DNA of 64,000 bases from Podarcis tiliguerta (lineage: Eukaryota): NCBI GenBank assembly GCA_965153285.1, contig OZ229115.1, one strand, 5' to 3'. A model generated the notes under the pieces. That model made no database searches, was not told the DNA's origin, and saw only the letters and a list, made by a program, of their open reading frames with translations. Shown in pieces: positions 1 to 12,500 of the stretch; position 1 is the first letter of the stretch; each line of letters opens with the position of its first letter. A program made the position numbers and the translations under genes.

Positions 1-341
1 CTGTAGTGCAACGAAAGTAATTACCGTTTTTCATTGGCCTGGGGCATCTGGAGAAAGCTCCTTTGGGACCAGTCCGTGATGCGCAGCAAGGCTTTTCCTT
101 CAGCCGCTCCTGAGAATGAGACATGGGGGAGAGCTGTTTGAGTGGGCATTTGACAAACTGCAGGAAGAAAAGGCTAACCGTGTCTCAACCAGGTCCTCCC
201 TTTATAGGGAAAGTCTGTTGCTGGACAACAACTGTCATCATCTCAGACAGTTATGTAGACATACGAGTTCTCCAAACAGCCAAGCCAGGCACAAAGAGAT
301 CCAATCTTCATCTCTATTTTCTTTCTGGTTCCAAATATCCT

Positions 342-698
342 TTGTTGTTGTTATTTAGTCGTTTAGTCGTGACTGACTCTTCGTGACCCCATGGACCAGA
401 GCACGCCAGGCACTCCTGTCTTCCACTGCCTCCCACAATTTGGTCAAACTCATGCTGGTAGCTTCGAGAACACTGTCCAATCATCTCATCCTCTGTCGTC
501 TCCTTGTGCCCTCCATCTTTCCCAACATTAGGGTCTTTTCCAGGGAGTCTTCTCTTCTCATGAGGTGGCCAAAGTATTGGAGCCTCAGCTTCAGGATCTG
601 TCCTTCCAGTGAGCACTCAGGGCTAATTTCCTTCAGAATGGATAGGTTTGATCTTCTTGCAGTCCATGGGACTCTCAAGAGTCTCCTCCTGCACCACC
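342..698 (-). mobile_element. RTE-BovB LINE 3' fragment
   Basis: Minus-strand peptide WCRRRLLRVPWTARRSN...LKLRLQYFGHLMRREDSLEKTLMLGK; (AAC)n tail; flanking direct repeat ccaaatatcctt. Confidence 0.9.
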
Positions 699-1448
699 AA
701 ATATCCTTACTCACGTGTAAAGTGGCAGCTGGCAAATGTATGTACCGGTATATGTGTGTGGACACTCGCACACATGAGCACACTTCTCTTGCTGCTTCAT
801 GGCAAACCTAAACCTTTGCATATTTTCCTTAATGGGGACAAACCGTACAAATCTGTGTAGCTTGGAGAGAGGCCATATTTTGGCTCCTTTGAGATGTTTG
901 TTCTTCGCTGTGTATTTTGGAGAACCTGAGCAAAGCTATGTAAAGGGCAAAGGAGGAGCAACACTGCTCAGGAAGAAGAGAATGGGGTGATCTTTCCAAA
1001 ACCAGCAAATGAGACTTGCCATTTTTCCTGGTCATGCAAGTTATGGCTGCTCTTTGTTAGAAACTATTGAGATGTGGAAATCTTAGTGAGCACATCCCTG
1101 GAAAACCCTGACCCTTGACCTTGACCTTCAGCTTCAATCGTGTGTGTCCCCCCTTCCAACAAAGGCGAAATACGGTTACATTCCAAAAAGGCCTTATTAC
1201 GGATGTATTCAAGTGGGCAGATTCAGGAATCTTCCTCAATAAATGTCATCTGATGAACTACAGAGTGCAGATGAAATCACTGAGTGAGCCTTTGCTCAGA
1301 AACCTGAAATGTCAGTGGGAGTTGTTCAGCGCACACAAAGTTCAGTTTTGGAGTACTGTAAACATGGTGAGGTTACTCAGATTGTCTGCAGTATGCAGTA
1401 ATTCCTGAGTGACATTTATGCAACCAGAGAGCTCAGTTCCAGTCCAGG

Positions 1449-1621
1449 GACTCAGCTGTATAGCTGCAATTAAAACGTTTTAAATGTGCTGCAAAGTGCA
1501 ATATACAAAGATTACACTAAATGGCGACAGTGAGCTATGCCAAATTCCATGCATTTTTCAAAATGTTTTTTTAAAAAGCATTTTCACAACATTTTTTTAT
1601 ATGTGTGTAAATTCCACCCTG
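1449..1621 (+). mobile_element. Unclassified old non-autonomous repeat (related copies at 45488-45659 and, inverted, 43444-43983)
   Basis: Shared gactcagct...tgcaatatac...ctaaatggcga...tgtgtgta(a/g)attccaccct. Confidence 0.6.
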
Positions 1622-1939
1622 GTTTATGTATTTGTTTATTTTGAAAATGTCTACATTGCCAATCCAAGAGCAATTCCTCATTGTCGTTTGTGACAACCTT
1701 GGCCTGGATGCAGACTGTGTCATGTTTAAAAGAGTCGGTCTAAGTGTGACTAAGTCTCAATCTGTCCCAATTGTCATTATTATCTGGGGCTCTTTTAAAC
1801 ATACCCTAAAACTCAACGTGTGCCCTTCATTTGTTTGGAACACATATCCTCAATTGCTGAAGACTGGTGCCCTCTGGTGAGCCCCTTTCTCTGCTTTTGG
1901 AGTTACCTGGCAATATTGCTCCAATCGTGCTACCATTCA

Positions 1940-1940
1940 A

Positions 1941-1976
<36 letters not shown>
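1940..1976. repeat. (TTA)n microsatellite
   Basis: Direct reading. Confidence 0.95.
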
Positions 1977-1977
<1 letters not shown>

Positions 1978-2167
1978 GCTGCAGTTCATTCATTTTCAGC
2001 TTTGTATTCTTGTTATAAAAAAGCACGCCCACTCATTCTGTTGTTGCGCCTGTAACCTCAATTTAAGGTGCCATTGAGCTCCAAGCTTTTATATCTCCAT
2101 TTCTAACACTGGCTGCAGGCCTGGATGTAGAGGAGAGTTTGTGTAGAAATTTACCCTGTTGCACAAG

Positions 2168-2414
2168 AAGAAGAGAGTTTGGATTTGATATCCTGCTTTA
2201 TCACTCCCCGAAGGAGTCTCAAAGCGGCTAACATTCTCCTTTCCCTTCCTCCCCCACAACAAACACTCTGTGAGCTGAGTGGGGCTGAGAGACTTCAAAG
2301 AAGTGTGACTAGCCCAAGGCCACCCGGCAGCTGCATGTGAAGGAGCGGAGACGGGAACCCGGTTCACCAGATTATGAGTCTATGACTCTTAACCACTACA
2401 CCACACTGGCTCTC
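2168..2414 (-). mobile_element. Squam3-type tRNA-derived SINE
   Basis: Reverse complement of the copy at 40674; tRNA-like head and (CTT)n tail. Confidence 0.8.
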
Positions 2415-3582
2415 AAGGGCAAAATGTACATTAAGTGGTCCTCTTATTTTTTGCCTCTGCTCCCACACCCCACCTCTGGGATGTAGTCCCCAAAAGGTTG
2501 CCCAAAAAGTGACCATCAATCTGAAAAATGCCCCGATCTCTGCAATTGTCTTGAAAGCACTGGTGGTGATGTTCTGTGTGCTTCTTCCTCATTTATGATT
2601 CAATTGCTGACAAGCCCGCCATAAGGAAACGTCTGCCTCATTAGGGATATGGCCGTGTAATAACTAGCAAATAATGAGAAGGTTCGCAGCAATAGCAAAG
2701 AGAAACCTGTGTTGCAGGAACAAATCTACACACGCTGCACAGTTCAGGACGAGAGGCAGTTTTATCTCCGCAGTAACCTGTGCACAGAATAGCAACCACA
2801 TATGTGGGCTTTGATATTAAGCGTTGCTATCCTAGATAAGCAGAAAAGTTGGACGGGGAAGTGACAAGAAACTGGATTTGCAGACATAGCAGGTATGCTG
2901 TCGGAGATAAACAGGTCAGCAAGAAGGTATTATTTTAGCCGGAGGAACTGTCAGCGGGTTTCTGCTGGTTCGAGTTTGTTTGAAACCAAGCTGCCTTCTT
3001 TTCTCCCCGCAGGATTGCAAAAAGAAGTGAACGGCAAGGGAGGAGAAGGAAAAGCAATGGGAAAGAAAGAAAGAAAGAAAGGGGGGGGGGGGACAGAATA
3101 GAACACAGCTCTGTGTTAGCTGGCGAGGGAAAGAATCCAAACCACAAATGACGGAGCCAAGATTCCTCAGAATTCCACTTTTGCTCTTGCAAAAGAGTGA
3201 GCTGGATGCCACAGTCTTATGCGTGTTTACTCATAAATATGTCCCATTGTGCACAGTGGACTTACTTCCAGGTAAGGGTGCCTCAGCATTAGCCATTTCT
3301 AGTAATAATTGGGTTTTTATTCCCTGTAGAGTCCTGCCATCTTCTTGTTGTTGTTCTGAACATTACATCATCAGAACAATTGATCCAAACAGCACAGGGA
3401 CTATTAATTTGTTGCATCCTGTATCCATGTGCTCCTGCGTTATTCCAGCTGCTTGTCCCTAGGAAAAATGGCTGTGCTTCCTGCCGTACTTCAAAATCCT
3501 CCTCCTACCCCTTCCTCTATATTTCATAGTCCCCCCCCCCAAAAAAATAAAATGATCAATTCACATTTTTAAAATAGCAGTA

Positions 3583-3812
3583 AGTGGTACCTTGGGTTAA
3601 GTACTTAATTTGTTCCGGAGGTCCGTACTTAACCTGAAACTGTTCTTAACTTGAATCACCACTTTAGCTAATGGGGCCTCCTGCTGCTAAGCACGATTTC
3701 TGTTCTCATCCTGAGAACAAAGTTCTTAACCTGAAGCACTATTTCTGGGTTAGCGGAGTCTGTAACCTGAAGCGTATGTAACCTGAAGCATATGTAACCC
3801 GAGGTACCACTG
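3583..3812 (-). mobile_element. Tc1/mariner (Tigger-like) MITE
   Basis: TIR CAGTGGTACCTCGGGTTA, TA TSD; same family at 39471, 39715, 51529, 59526. Confidence 0.85.
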
Positions 3813-5132
3813 TAAATACATTTAAAAACCTTTTAAACAAATATGGCACTGACTTCTCAAAAGAAGACCTTGTAAAGGACTTAACGAAGCGAAACAAAAA
3901 GTAACTATTTGGCAAGGGCCAATTTATATTTCCTTTTCTTCGATCCATCTCCCATGTAGCAGTGGTGGGTTTTAAGCTTTCCAGTCAGGCCTGTACCGTT
4001 GTGCAGGCATTTGGCAAGGGCCCTTCAGAGCTGCCCTAGCCATTGTATACGCTGCCAACCCCGCCCCCAACCTATATAAATGTTTATTTGACAAGATTTA
4101 GTTTCCATTTCTAAGCTATGGGAACAAAATTAAGGAAACTCACTACCATGTGCCATTCCATGCCTCACTATATACGATATTGATGCCATTCGTATGTCTG
4201 AAGGAATGCTGCGCTCTGATACCTATTCTGCAGCCTGCTCTACATACCAGTCTGTGGTTGGTTGTTATTTGCACTGTATCATTTGCTTGTTGAAAATTTA
4301 AGTGAAAACATGTTGCCCCCCCCCAAAAAAAAATTAATTGAATAAAAAGATGCCCCCGGTGAATCAGGCAGCAGATGTTTCAGCTCTTTCACACATGCAC
4401 ACACACACATTTTTTAACACAACCATTTGTAAAAGCTGCAGGTGGCAAGTGCCATCCTAACAGTGGAATCCAATGCATAACTTGACTCACACTGAGGTCT
4501 GTATTCCAACTACCAACGCCAACAAACAAAAACTCAGGTAACAATATAATTACACTTGTTGGACTTATGCAGTGATGACACAGACGCTGTCCAATAGGTA
4601 CCCGCTTGACTTCCATCCCCTTCTGCAAGATAAAGACTGAATTAGCTTGGGTTCCCAGACAATGACCATCTCTGTACAGCAACAGAAGAATAACTAGCAC
4701 ACAAATACCTAACAATACTGCTTTTTAGATTTCCAGCTTGGTTTGTTGCCCACTCTTTTGATGCCAGCAACAGCTGTTATCTGATCTTACACGTGAATAA
4801 AAAGGCTGTTTTTAATGGATGGGAAGCTGGCCAGAATGGCTTGAGAAGAACTTCACCCACTGTTCTCTCAGTATTCTTGCATTGTTCAAACCCAGGAGTG
4901 TGTTTTTGCATTTGCTAAGCAAAGAAGCGTTGGTAGGACAATCACAAGCTAGATGTATAGAATATTTTCTTTGTACATTGAACCAGCTGCGCATGTCAGG
5001 GGATTAATAAAAACTGGGGGCAAGGGGGCACTTTCCCTCTCCAGGGCTAAAGTTGATCAAACCCCCTCTCTTTTCCCTACAAATAAGCAAGCACAGTCCC
5101 TTCACGTCCTGCCACAGCAAAGCCACCCTTGC

Positions 5133-5270
5133 CAGTGGTGTAGCGTGGGTTGTCAGCACCCGGGGCAAGGCAAGTAATTTGCACCCCCTAACCCGTGGAT
5201 TTGCGCCCCCTAACCCCCAGATGTTGCGCCCGGTGCGGCTGGCCCCCCCTGTACCCCCGCTACGCCACTG
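5133..5270 (-). mobile_element. hAT-type MITE (TIR CAGTGGCGTAGCG)
   Basis: Perfect 8-bp TSD ACCCTTGC (5125-5132, 5271-5278). Confidence 0.9.
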
Positions 5271-5944
5271 ACCCTTGCTTCCTACAGCATCTGGGTTAGT
5301 TATGCCATCAACCTTGAATCATTCCTTTCATTTTAGCCAAGCCGAAAATGTGAACAGGACACTGCAGTGTCTCATTACAACTTAAGAAGCAAAAGCCACC
5401 ACACATTGGAAGAAGAAAAGATTGCAGTTCTTATTTTCCTCTTCATCAGATTTGATCATCTTCAATAGCCTTTGTCATAGCAATAAATGCAACTACTTCA
5501 TATCGGTGCCGCACAACATCCAGATTAAAAAGCCCTGTTGCCGCAATGGTTTCAGCTATTGTCTGTTTCAAGCAGCAGCGAGGTCCCTCCAGACATCCGA
5601 TCGATTGTGCATTTGTGAGAGTTTTTGCTCATGATAGTATCGGGACAGATATATGATCCCACTTGCAACTGTTTGTACCTGCAAAATTTCCAAGGTGGTC
5701 AGACTACATTTGTATCCAATCAGTGCACATCCTGCAAACTTTCTGCTGAAATCCAGTGGCCTTTGATAGTACAAATGTTCCATTTCTTATTTTAAAATTT
5801 TGGTCCTCCTTTCTTGGCTGTAGTGCATGACTTCCCCTCCAGATAGCAGTAATGGCGTAACACTGGGGAAGCTGCACAAAACAATGAATAAAGCAAAATG
5901 ATTTGTGGATGGTCCAGTATAAAGCCACCACTAATGAACAATTG

Positions 5945-6407
5945 GGGCGCAGGTGGCGCTGTGGTCTAAACCACTGAGCCTAGGGCTTGCTGATCAGAAG
6001 GTTGGTGGTTCGAATCACCACAACGGGGTGAGCGCCCGTTGCTCGGCAGTGGCGTAGCGTAGCGTGGGGGGTGCAGGGGGGCGGCCACACCGGGCGCAAC
6101 ATCTGGGGGTTAGGGGGCGCAAATCCACGGGTTAGGGGGCGCAAATTACTTGCCTTGCCCCGGGTGCTGACAACTCACGCTACGCCACTGTTGCTCGGTC
6201 CCTGCTCCTGCCAACCTAGTAGTTCAAAAGCACGTCAAAGTGCAAGTAGATAAATAGGTACCGCTCTGGAGGGAAGGTAAACGGCGTTTCCGTACGCTGC
6301 TCTGGTTTCGCTTAGTCTGTACTGGCTCATCTTGGCCAGTAAAGTGAGATGAGCGTAGCAAGTCGTCCGCGACTGGTCCTAACGGCCAGGGGTCCCTTTA
6401 CCTTTTT
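5945..6407 (+). mobile_element. Sauria SINE interrupted by a hAT MITE
   Basis: Sauria SINE head and (ACCTTT) tail; TSD taatgaacaatt. Confidence 0.9.
6047..6190 (+). mobile_element. hAT-type MITE nested in the Sauria SINE
   Basis: TIRs CAGTGGCGTAGCG; perfect 8-bp TSD TTGCTCGG; reverse complement of 5133-5270. Confidence 0.9.
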
Positions 6408-7876
6408 TAATGAACAATTGTATCAGTGACATGTTGCGGTATACACCCCCCCCAACCACGCTCACCAAAAAGCTAGGAAAAAATAGCAATCAATCAATCA
6501 ATCAATCTCCTTTAATGGCAGAGAAAAAGTGCATCGTATACATGGATCAGAACACAACACACTTAAAGAAACATAGTAGGAGATACTTTAGGATAAAACT
6601 GTCCAGACATTGTGAGGTACAAATATGGCTCTTAGGACCTAGGGTGACATAATTTCATAGTGAACAATAGCATCTCTCAAAAATCTTGCCACATTCTCCA
6701 CAACATCGTTCCTACAGTTCAGCAGATAAGACACCCTGAAGAGTCAGTGCGATGAATCCCCTCTTTCAATAGGGGGGCCAAATACTTATCATTTTTGTGT
6801 GTGTGTGCATAAAATAGGCAATAGAATAAAACATGTGTGAGGGATTTGACAAGGGCAGCATCATTCAGAGTTCGGGGTTTTTGAGAATCTGCCTTGCGAA
6901 ACTGCACATGGGAAGACGTCAAATCTTGCGGGGAAAAGAGCTCTGCATAGGTGGGGATCATAAAGCTGGCATAAATAGGGAATGTCCTGGCCAAAGAAGG
7001 GTGGAATTCCCAACCCCAAAATGGAACAGGATTTGTCGGCTGCGCTGCAAAGGGTTTGGGATTCAATCTCTAGGATTCTGTGCTTGATCGTCGGCAATGC
7101 TCCAGATTGTGGGAGCATAAGCAGTGACTCGAGTGAGAGGCCGTGGGTTCCAAGTTTGCTGGAAAGAAGAGCAGAAACTAAGTGATGAATACAGTGCTGG
7201 CGTCTGACATCTGAGGGCCCAACATCCCAGCAGGGAACAACATGGGCCCCTCTGCCCAGGCCCCTTCTTTTCCCCCTCTGGGCGGCTGCTCCAAACAGCT
7301 ACTCCAGCTGGCTTTAGGGTGGCCATATTTCAAACAGTGAAAAAAGGACAGAAAAGCTGCAGACCTCTGTTGTAAACAAAATTTGCCCTTTTCCTTTATG
7401 GGGTATCCAAGAGCCCATATAGAGTCCTTACATAGGTTCCCTATTGGTAGGAGCAAATAACAGAGGCCAAAGCCTGATCTTTATTGATCTGTTGCAACAG
7501 GGTCCTCACTCACCAGAACGCAGGAGGGGGGATGAACCCCTAACAATGGCGTGCAAGGCCTTAATTTTAAATTCCCTGCCTTGGAGCTCAAGACCACCCC
7601 CAGAAACATCATACCTACATCACAGAAAAGGCGGTCTAAAACAGAAATTTGAATGTTGTTTTCCCTGTTTGCCAGGTTATCTGATTGCCTTTCCCGATTT
7701 GTCTTTCCTGGTAGTCTGTCACCCATTAAAATGCTGATTACTCAATTCCTGAGAGAATGGGAAGGCTGCCTGAGCCCCACTCCCTCCTTGCAGGGAAAAC
7801 ATATGGTCAGCTGCGGAATCAAAATGGTTTCAGGTCGGTCTTTCTGTGCTGATCTATGTACATGATTGGTTGGTAC

Positions 7877-8581
7877 TGTTACGGTAAAATCTGGGTGCGA
7901 GGCTGCTCCGCCACCCAGCTCGTCGGACTAAGTCCGCGGGTCCCTGCAGAGGAAAATGAGCTCAGCCGGAGACAGGAGCAAGCTGCAGAAGATCCCAGTT
8001 TATTGCGCAACAGGTTCAAGGCGAGATTGAACAGCGAGAAAGGGGTGACATGAACTTTTGAAACTTCCCTCCATGTCCCAGAATACAGTGCAAAATACAT
8101 CCCAGTTACATCATGAATATATTAAGAAGAGGTTGGGTTACACAGATTACATCATGAATATATTAAGAAGAGGTTGGGTTACACAGATTACATCATGAAT
8201 ATATTAAGAAGAGGTTGGGTTACACAGGATTAACATATGGAGGAGGGAGGGGGGAATATGCAGAGCTGGAGATATGCACAGATAAGCACATCCTGAGTAC
8301 CTGATGAGAAGACAATGGTCCATGTATGCATGGTCTGCCACCTGGCCTTGCCTGGAGGAAAGGCTTGGCAGAGTGATTTGACAGGATTAGGGTTTTGACA
8401 CCTTGCTTGAGGGATTATGGAGGACAGGGGAGGTGTCATGGAGTCCTAGAGAAATTGAGCAAATTGGCACGTTGATTTTCTATGAATTTTATAGATTTTA
8501 GTCCCTTTGACATTGACAATTGGAAATAAATGGATATATTGTAGCGAAGGAGGTGAAGAAGACATCCCTCCTTCCGTATCA
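7877..8581 (-). mobile_element. Solo LTR (ERV1-like or Gypsy), 705 bp
   Basis: Termini TGTTACGG...CCGTATCA (7/8 inverted repeat, TG..CA), 4-bp TSD GTAC, minus-strand AATAAA at 7999-8004, internal 41-bp tandem repeats. Confidence 0.85.
8106..8227. repeat. 3 x 41-bp tandem repeat inside the solo LTR
   Basis: Unit ttacatcatgaatatattaagaagaggttgggttacacaga. Confidence 0.95.
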
Positions 8582-8799
8582 GTACACTTAAGAACATTAG
8601 CATATATCTAAGACCTCAAAATTCCTATCACACCTCACAACAAATGTAACTTATTTGTAAGAAAGGCTCTACAACCTGAAAAAATAGACTTTTGTAAACC
8701 AAGAAAATCTTTAATAAAAATTTTTTTTTAGAAAAAGAAAAGAAAAGCTGATGAGCTTTTTTCTTTTCTTTCTTGGCAAAATCTCAAGGGGGGGGAAAA

Positions 8800-9500
8800 G
8801 CCGTTTTTGAGCTACTTATGGAAAACCGTGCCGGGTTGCCACGCGCCCGGATTTTCCCGGGCGGCCGTATCTCGGAGATGACGTATGGCAACCCTGCTCC
8901 GAGCCGACGCTCCGTAAGAGATACCTTGCAGTTCACGTCCGGCGCTGCGCGGCATACGCACATCCGGCGGTGCCCAGTAGGTGGCGCTCCCCTTTGACTA
9001 CGCTTCGCCCACCCTCGAGGGGGAGAAGGATCTCGCCGCAACTTCCGCCACCGCCACTCGCCGCCCGAGCCCCTTCCTACGCGGGCCTCCTCTATAGCCG
9101 GCGACCCCGCGCAGCCAATCGGAGCGCTCCGGGGGCGGTCTCTCAGCCGCGCTCCTCTCAGCTCCGGCGTCACTTGGGCGCCTGCGGTGCGAAGGAAACG
9201 GCAGGCGAAGCGGCGAGGAAGGAGACGCGACCAGGAGGCCGCCGACGTTCCCAGCAGCCCGGTCGCACCGCCGAGGGCTGTCGCCGCCATGGATTACGGG
9301 GAAGGTGAGGCGCTCCGGAGAGGCCGCGACGAGGCTGCTGCCGCCGCTGGGCTGGGCGCTGCGGACTCAAGATGGCGGCGGGGTCTGCGGCGGAGGCGGG
9401 AAACGGGCCTGGCTGGGCGCGCCATGTTGGTGGGGGAGGGGAGGGGGAAAGAGCCCCAGAGCCTCGCCCGGGTCTGTGCGGGGGGAGTCAATTTCGCCTG
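8800..9500. promoter_or_regulatory. CpG-island promoter of ZNF326
   Basis: Very GC/CpG-rich; CCAAT 9115-9119; YY1 consensus CAAGATGGCGGC 9368-9379; CTCF-like CCAGTAGGTGGCGCT 8974-8988; no clear TATA. Confidence 0.9.
9289..9304 (+). CDS. ZNF326: ZNF326 coding exon 1 (MDYGE-)
   Basis: Kozak gccgccATGG in a CpG island; 16 nt, then G|GTGAGG donor, phase 1. Confidence 0.9.
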
Positions 9501-12500
9501 CTTTTAATTTTTTTGCTCTTCCCACCCCCCTCTTTTTAAATTAATAAATAATAAATTTCATTTATTGAATGTTTTCAGACAAATGAAGACGTTCGCAGGG
9601 TTATCGGGGGGGGGGGAAGCTTGCATTTCCTAAAACATCTGATATAGTTGAGGAAAAGTATAAATGGAGTTAATTGGGATACGCAGAAGGGGCAAAAAAG
9701 AAGATGGGAGAGAGCGGGGGGGGGATTCCTGGAAGCGCTGCAAAGGGGGTGGGCGGAACTCGAGGTTTGATAGGCGAGAATTGTTGAATTGTTTGCATTT
9801 CGTCGTCGTCGAGATGTTTGTTACAAGTGAAAATCCTGAATACGCTTACACACACAAACACACACACCCCAGTACGATAGCCATCATTATCTCCTAGCCT
9901 GGCCCTTGCGAGGGCGCGCGGGTAGGTAGGGTGGGGCTCCTGCAACAGCCACAGCCGCACGTGGAGAAAGCTTTTTCCTAGGTTCACCCCACCCATCCCC
10001 CAACCCAGGGGCGAGACTCGGCTTTATTTCACCCGGGTCAAAGACCCGGTTTGGCACCCACCCACCCCGTGGGCATTTGCACAAACAGGTTGCAAGCCTC
10101 ACTGGCGCCCCTTTAGAGGCTGTGTCTGGGGCAAAATAAAACCTGGCTAGCCCCCCCCCCCAAGCTACGCTGCTGCCCAATGTATTTCATTATTATTATT
10201 TATTAAATTTATATACCGCCCTATACACACAGGTCTCAGGGATATTCATAGGATAAAATCACAATATAAAAACCCAGAATACATAATCAAAATGCAAACA
10301 AGAACAACCCAATTACCCCCCAAGTAATCCATGACGGAAAATAGAATTTAAAACACACGATATTTGTAATAAAACATATAAAGGTAAGGGTAATCGTCAA
10401 AGGGTAGGTTTAAAGATCAATTAACTGTCTTTCAAATCAAAACATTTTAGCCAATGGGTTTTCCCCCAATTGTAACCATTCATAGAAGCTCTCTGATCCA
10501 GTGGAGGCTTCCATGAAGAGGTGCTGGGAAGCATTTTCTGCTTTTTCCCCGTTCCTTCTGCAGCCCTTGTCCCCATCCCCAATTCTGATCCAAGAGTTGG
10601 GGAAACCTTTGGGACAGCATTTGGTGGGAGTATCTTTTTAGGCTGCATCCAAAACACTAAATTATCGGGGTAGTTCTTAAGTTTGAATTCAGAAAGTGAA
10701 GGATATTTCCATTTAAACTCTGTTATAGCTGTAATACTTCTTCCTTGGAATGAAGAGCTTTTAATAGTTGTTGCTTTTACGTTGACAACTTATTCTTAAC
10801 AATGATTGGAAAGCCTACCAGACCTTTTGCCATAAGTTGCATTACTGGTATTCTTATATTTTCTGCAAGAGCGGGACAGGAAAAATGCAAGTAGACAATT
10901 CACAAAAGCAGTTCACATGCCTTCTGCTTCTCAGAGGTTACATCTGGGACCCAGTGTACTTTTACTGGGTTCGTATACCTAAGTGCAGTAGGTGGCAGTC
11001 CAAAGCAGAGAAGCACAATAATAAATCTGTAGTCTTATGTTTGTATTTTGTTCTGCTATGTTTGGGGTGCCAGCCCTTGATCTGTCAAATGCTGGTATCA
11101 GAGAGGTTGATTGATTGCAGTCAAGTAATTCCACAAAGCCAAGAATACTATTGTGTAGGAGAAAATGGCATCTACAAGAGCTGGTGTCTCCGTAAAGAAC
11201 ACATGTTTTTCATTTAGAAGTGGATGACTGCTGGTGGAACCCTGGAGAATAGGAAAGTGACTGAACTAGGCCTTGAATTGGTTTTCCCCTTCCTGTAGGG
11301 CAGGTTTTTAAAAAATTGCGTCTTTTGCTTCTGCCAAAAGACAATGTGGGGCGTGTGCCAGCTCTTAAAAACTTATTCAGGCTCCCCCTCCCCTTTACTT
11401 GTTCTGGTGGAAGACAGCCCAGAGGGGGCCTCATGCGTTGGGCGAGATCCAGCTATCTTACACTTTGAGAAGACATATTAAAATTGGTGGACTCTCCACG
11501 CTGCTCGCAATATATATGATTTCTATTACATGTGCAGAGGCACAGAACATAACGCCTGCTTAAATTGGGAGTTGCCTGTATAGTTAACTATGGCTAGCAG
11601 CTTTGAAACAAGCCAGGAACCCATGGTTTAAAGCAGGGGTCAGCAAATGTTTTCAGCAGGGGGATGGTCCACTGTCCCTCAGACCTTGTGGGGGGCTGGA
11701 CTATTTTGAAAAATAGATGCATTTTAAATAAAAGGACACATTCTCCTCATGTAAAAATACGCTGATTCCCGGACCGTCTGCTAGCCAGATTTAGAAGGCG
11801 ATTGGGCCCGATCCGTCCCTCGGGCCTTAGTTTGCCTACCCATGGTTTAAAGAGTATATTAGTTGCACTTTATTTAATTATTGTTAGGTTTATTTCCAAC
11901 TTTTTTCCAAGGTGGCTTACACTGTTATTGCTGATCCACTAGGAGAGGTCACGAGTCTCATTTTAATAAAATCAACTTCCTTCCTTTCTTAGAAATGGAC
12001 CGTGACTATGGGCATGGTGCCTATGGTGGCCCAAGAGCCATGGACTCTTATATGAACCAGTCATATGGAATGGAAAGTCATGGAGGTGGTGGAGGAGGCG
12101 GTGGTGGTGCCAGGTAAAATACTGAATCACTTGCCTTACGTATTAAACGAAAGCATAAATATGTTTGACAATATATCCTTATTGAATTTAAGTGTTCCTT
12201 GAACATGCCATGTTGATTCTGTGTGCAAAAAAGCACAGGAAGGTATTGTGTGGTAGATTTTTTTAAAAAAATTGGGGTTGGATTCTTTTAATGATGTACA
12301 GTGCTGTAACAGATTTTAAGATGACTGCATGCATTTGATCTAGAGTCTCTGACATCACCTTTGAAGTAGCAGCATAGAACGTATAGTTGAAGTAGACAAT
12401 TTTGATTACATTATTTGATTTGATTTTAGCCTTCAATTTTCAAGGAACATTTAAATTTCACTTATTTAGCGCTAATACATTTTGTTAAAATGTTCCCTTG

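Noticed and set aside
8106-8227. 41-bp direct repeats as a CRISPR-like array
   Set aside because: Contiguous tandem units with no spacers, inside a solo LTR in a vertebrate genome
8784-9544. Several overlapping ORFs, including an antisense 168-aa ORF, at the promoter
   Set aside because: Expected from stop-codon scarcity in a GC-rich CpG island
11490-11520. LHAARNIY peptide resembling human ZNF326 exon 2 (HSACRNTY)
   Set aside because: No acceptor or donor at suitable positions; similarity too short to exclude chance
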